This document shows, piece after piece, positions 6,056 through 6,596 of a stretch of DNA of 6,596 bases. The first letter of the stretch is position 1. Each line of letters starts with the position of its first letter. The notes under the pieces are model-generated. The model was given only the letters and a program-made list of their open reading frames with translations, was not told where the DNA came from and did not search any database. The stretch comes from Caedimonas varicaedens (lineage in GTDB: Bacteria; Pseudomonadota; Alphaproteobacteria; Caedimonadales; Caedimonadaceae): positions 1-6,596 of the forward strand of contig BBVC01000085.1 in the NCBI GenBank assembly GCA_001192655.1, in the 5' to 3' direction. Both the position numbers and the translations under genes were made by a program.

Positions 6056-6541
6056 CTACGTTTTATCGATGCAGGGAAGAAATTCCTCGATAATTTGCTC
6101 GTAGGTTTTTCGCTTGAATGAAACAGCCAGAGTAGGAAGTTCAGAGAGTGAAACCCAGCGCCATTCAGAAAATTCAGGATGTGCGGTGTTGAGGTTAATT
6201 TCTGTCTCATTGCCCAGAAATTCCATTGCAAACCACTTTTGCTGCTGTCCCCGATAACGTCCTTTCCAGAGACGCGCTATCAAGCGATCTGGTAAATCAT
6301 AATGGTACCACTCCCTGCTTTCAGCAATCATACGAACATTATTCGTCCCAATTTCTTCTGCTAATTCTCTTAGAGCTGCTTCCAAAGGCGTTTCCCCCTT
6401 ATCAATTCCACCCTGAGGCATTTGCCAGGATCCCGACGGAAGATCGATGCGACGTGCAACAAAAACTTGTTGATGGGTATTTAAAACCATCATTCCGACG
6501 CCCTGTCGATAAGGAAGGTGTTGAGAAGAAGGAAAGGTCAT
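6056..6541 (-). CDS. rppH: RNA pyrophosphohydrolase (Nudix hydrolase, RppH/NudH/InvA type)
   Basis: The complete Nudix box GGIDKGETPLEAALRELAEEIGT (Gx5Ex7REUxEExGU) is present. The flanks are RppH-specific: YRQGVGMMVLN...WQMPQGG, QQKWF, and WRWVSLSELP...FKRKTYEQIIEEF. The protein is 161 aa. The start is ATG 6541-6539, preceded by AGGGA, and the stop is TAG 6058-6056. Confidence 0.9.
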   Translation of the reverse strand: MTFPSSQHLPYRQGVGMMVLNTHQQVFVARRIDLPSGSWQMPQGGIDKGETPLEAALRELAEEIGTNNVRMIAESREWYHYDLPDRLIARLWKGRYRGQQQKWFAMEFLGNETEINLNTAHPEFSEWRWVSLSELPTLAVSFKRKTYEQIIEEFLPCIDKT

Positions 6542-6596
6542 AAAATCCCTTTTTACTTTATCTTATGAGTTTATCCAAACGCTTCATGGCTCTTCT

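Noticed and set aside
5992-6231. 79-aa minus-strand ORF overlapping the 3' end of rppH and running into the spacer
   Set aside because: It is an alternative frame of rppH with odd composition and no RBS. The spacer portion is AT-rich, low-information sequence.
6226-6543. 105-aa + strand ORF antisense to rppH
   Set aside because: It is a shadow ORF covering the Nudix box on the opposite strand.
6571-6579. TTATCCAAA, an 8/9 match to the DnaA box TTATCCACA, upstream of rppH
   Set aside because: It is a single imperfect copy with no cluster, AT-rich unwinding element or dnaA context. It is consistent with chance.
6558-6596. A minus-strand reading frame open to the window edge (...RRAMKRLDKLIR-stop, TAA at 6560-6558), possibly the 3' end of an upstream gene
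   Set aside because: Only 12 codons are visible, and a second frame is also open to the edge. There is too little sequence to call a CDS or identify a family.

Overview
About 93% of the window is coding. It holds seven intact genes, all on the minus strand and all from recognisable housekeeping families. In transcription order (high to low coordinate) they are: rppH (Nudix RNA pyrophosphohydrolase); ybeZ/phoH, ybeY, corC/ybeX and lnt, which form the widely conserved proteobacterial cluster and are packed here with gaps of 1, 13 and 1 nt; a DhnA/FbaB-type class I aldolase; and a ribokinase. The RppH sequence (GVGMMVLN...WQMPQGGI) and the gene order suggest an alphaproteobacterium of moderately low GC. 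Hand counts give about 45-50% GC in most genes, about 33% in ybeY and about 30% in the spacers. I see no tRNA, rRNA, CRISPR array, IS element or transposase, integrase, toxin-antitoxin or defence-type gene. None of the three spacers (124, 80 and 130 nt) contains a convincing intrinsic terminator. I therefore find no support for a novel multi-gene system and judge this an ordinary core-genome region. The findings are small regulatory, annotation and synteny oddities, and all score low to moderate. Two ORF-track starts are probably too long: ybeY, whose TTG extension overlaps ybeZ, and possibly rbsK, which has a GTG 21 nt upstream of a better ATG.
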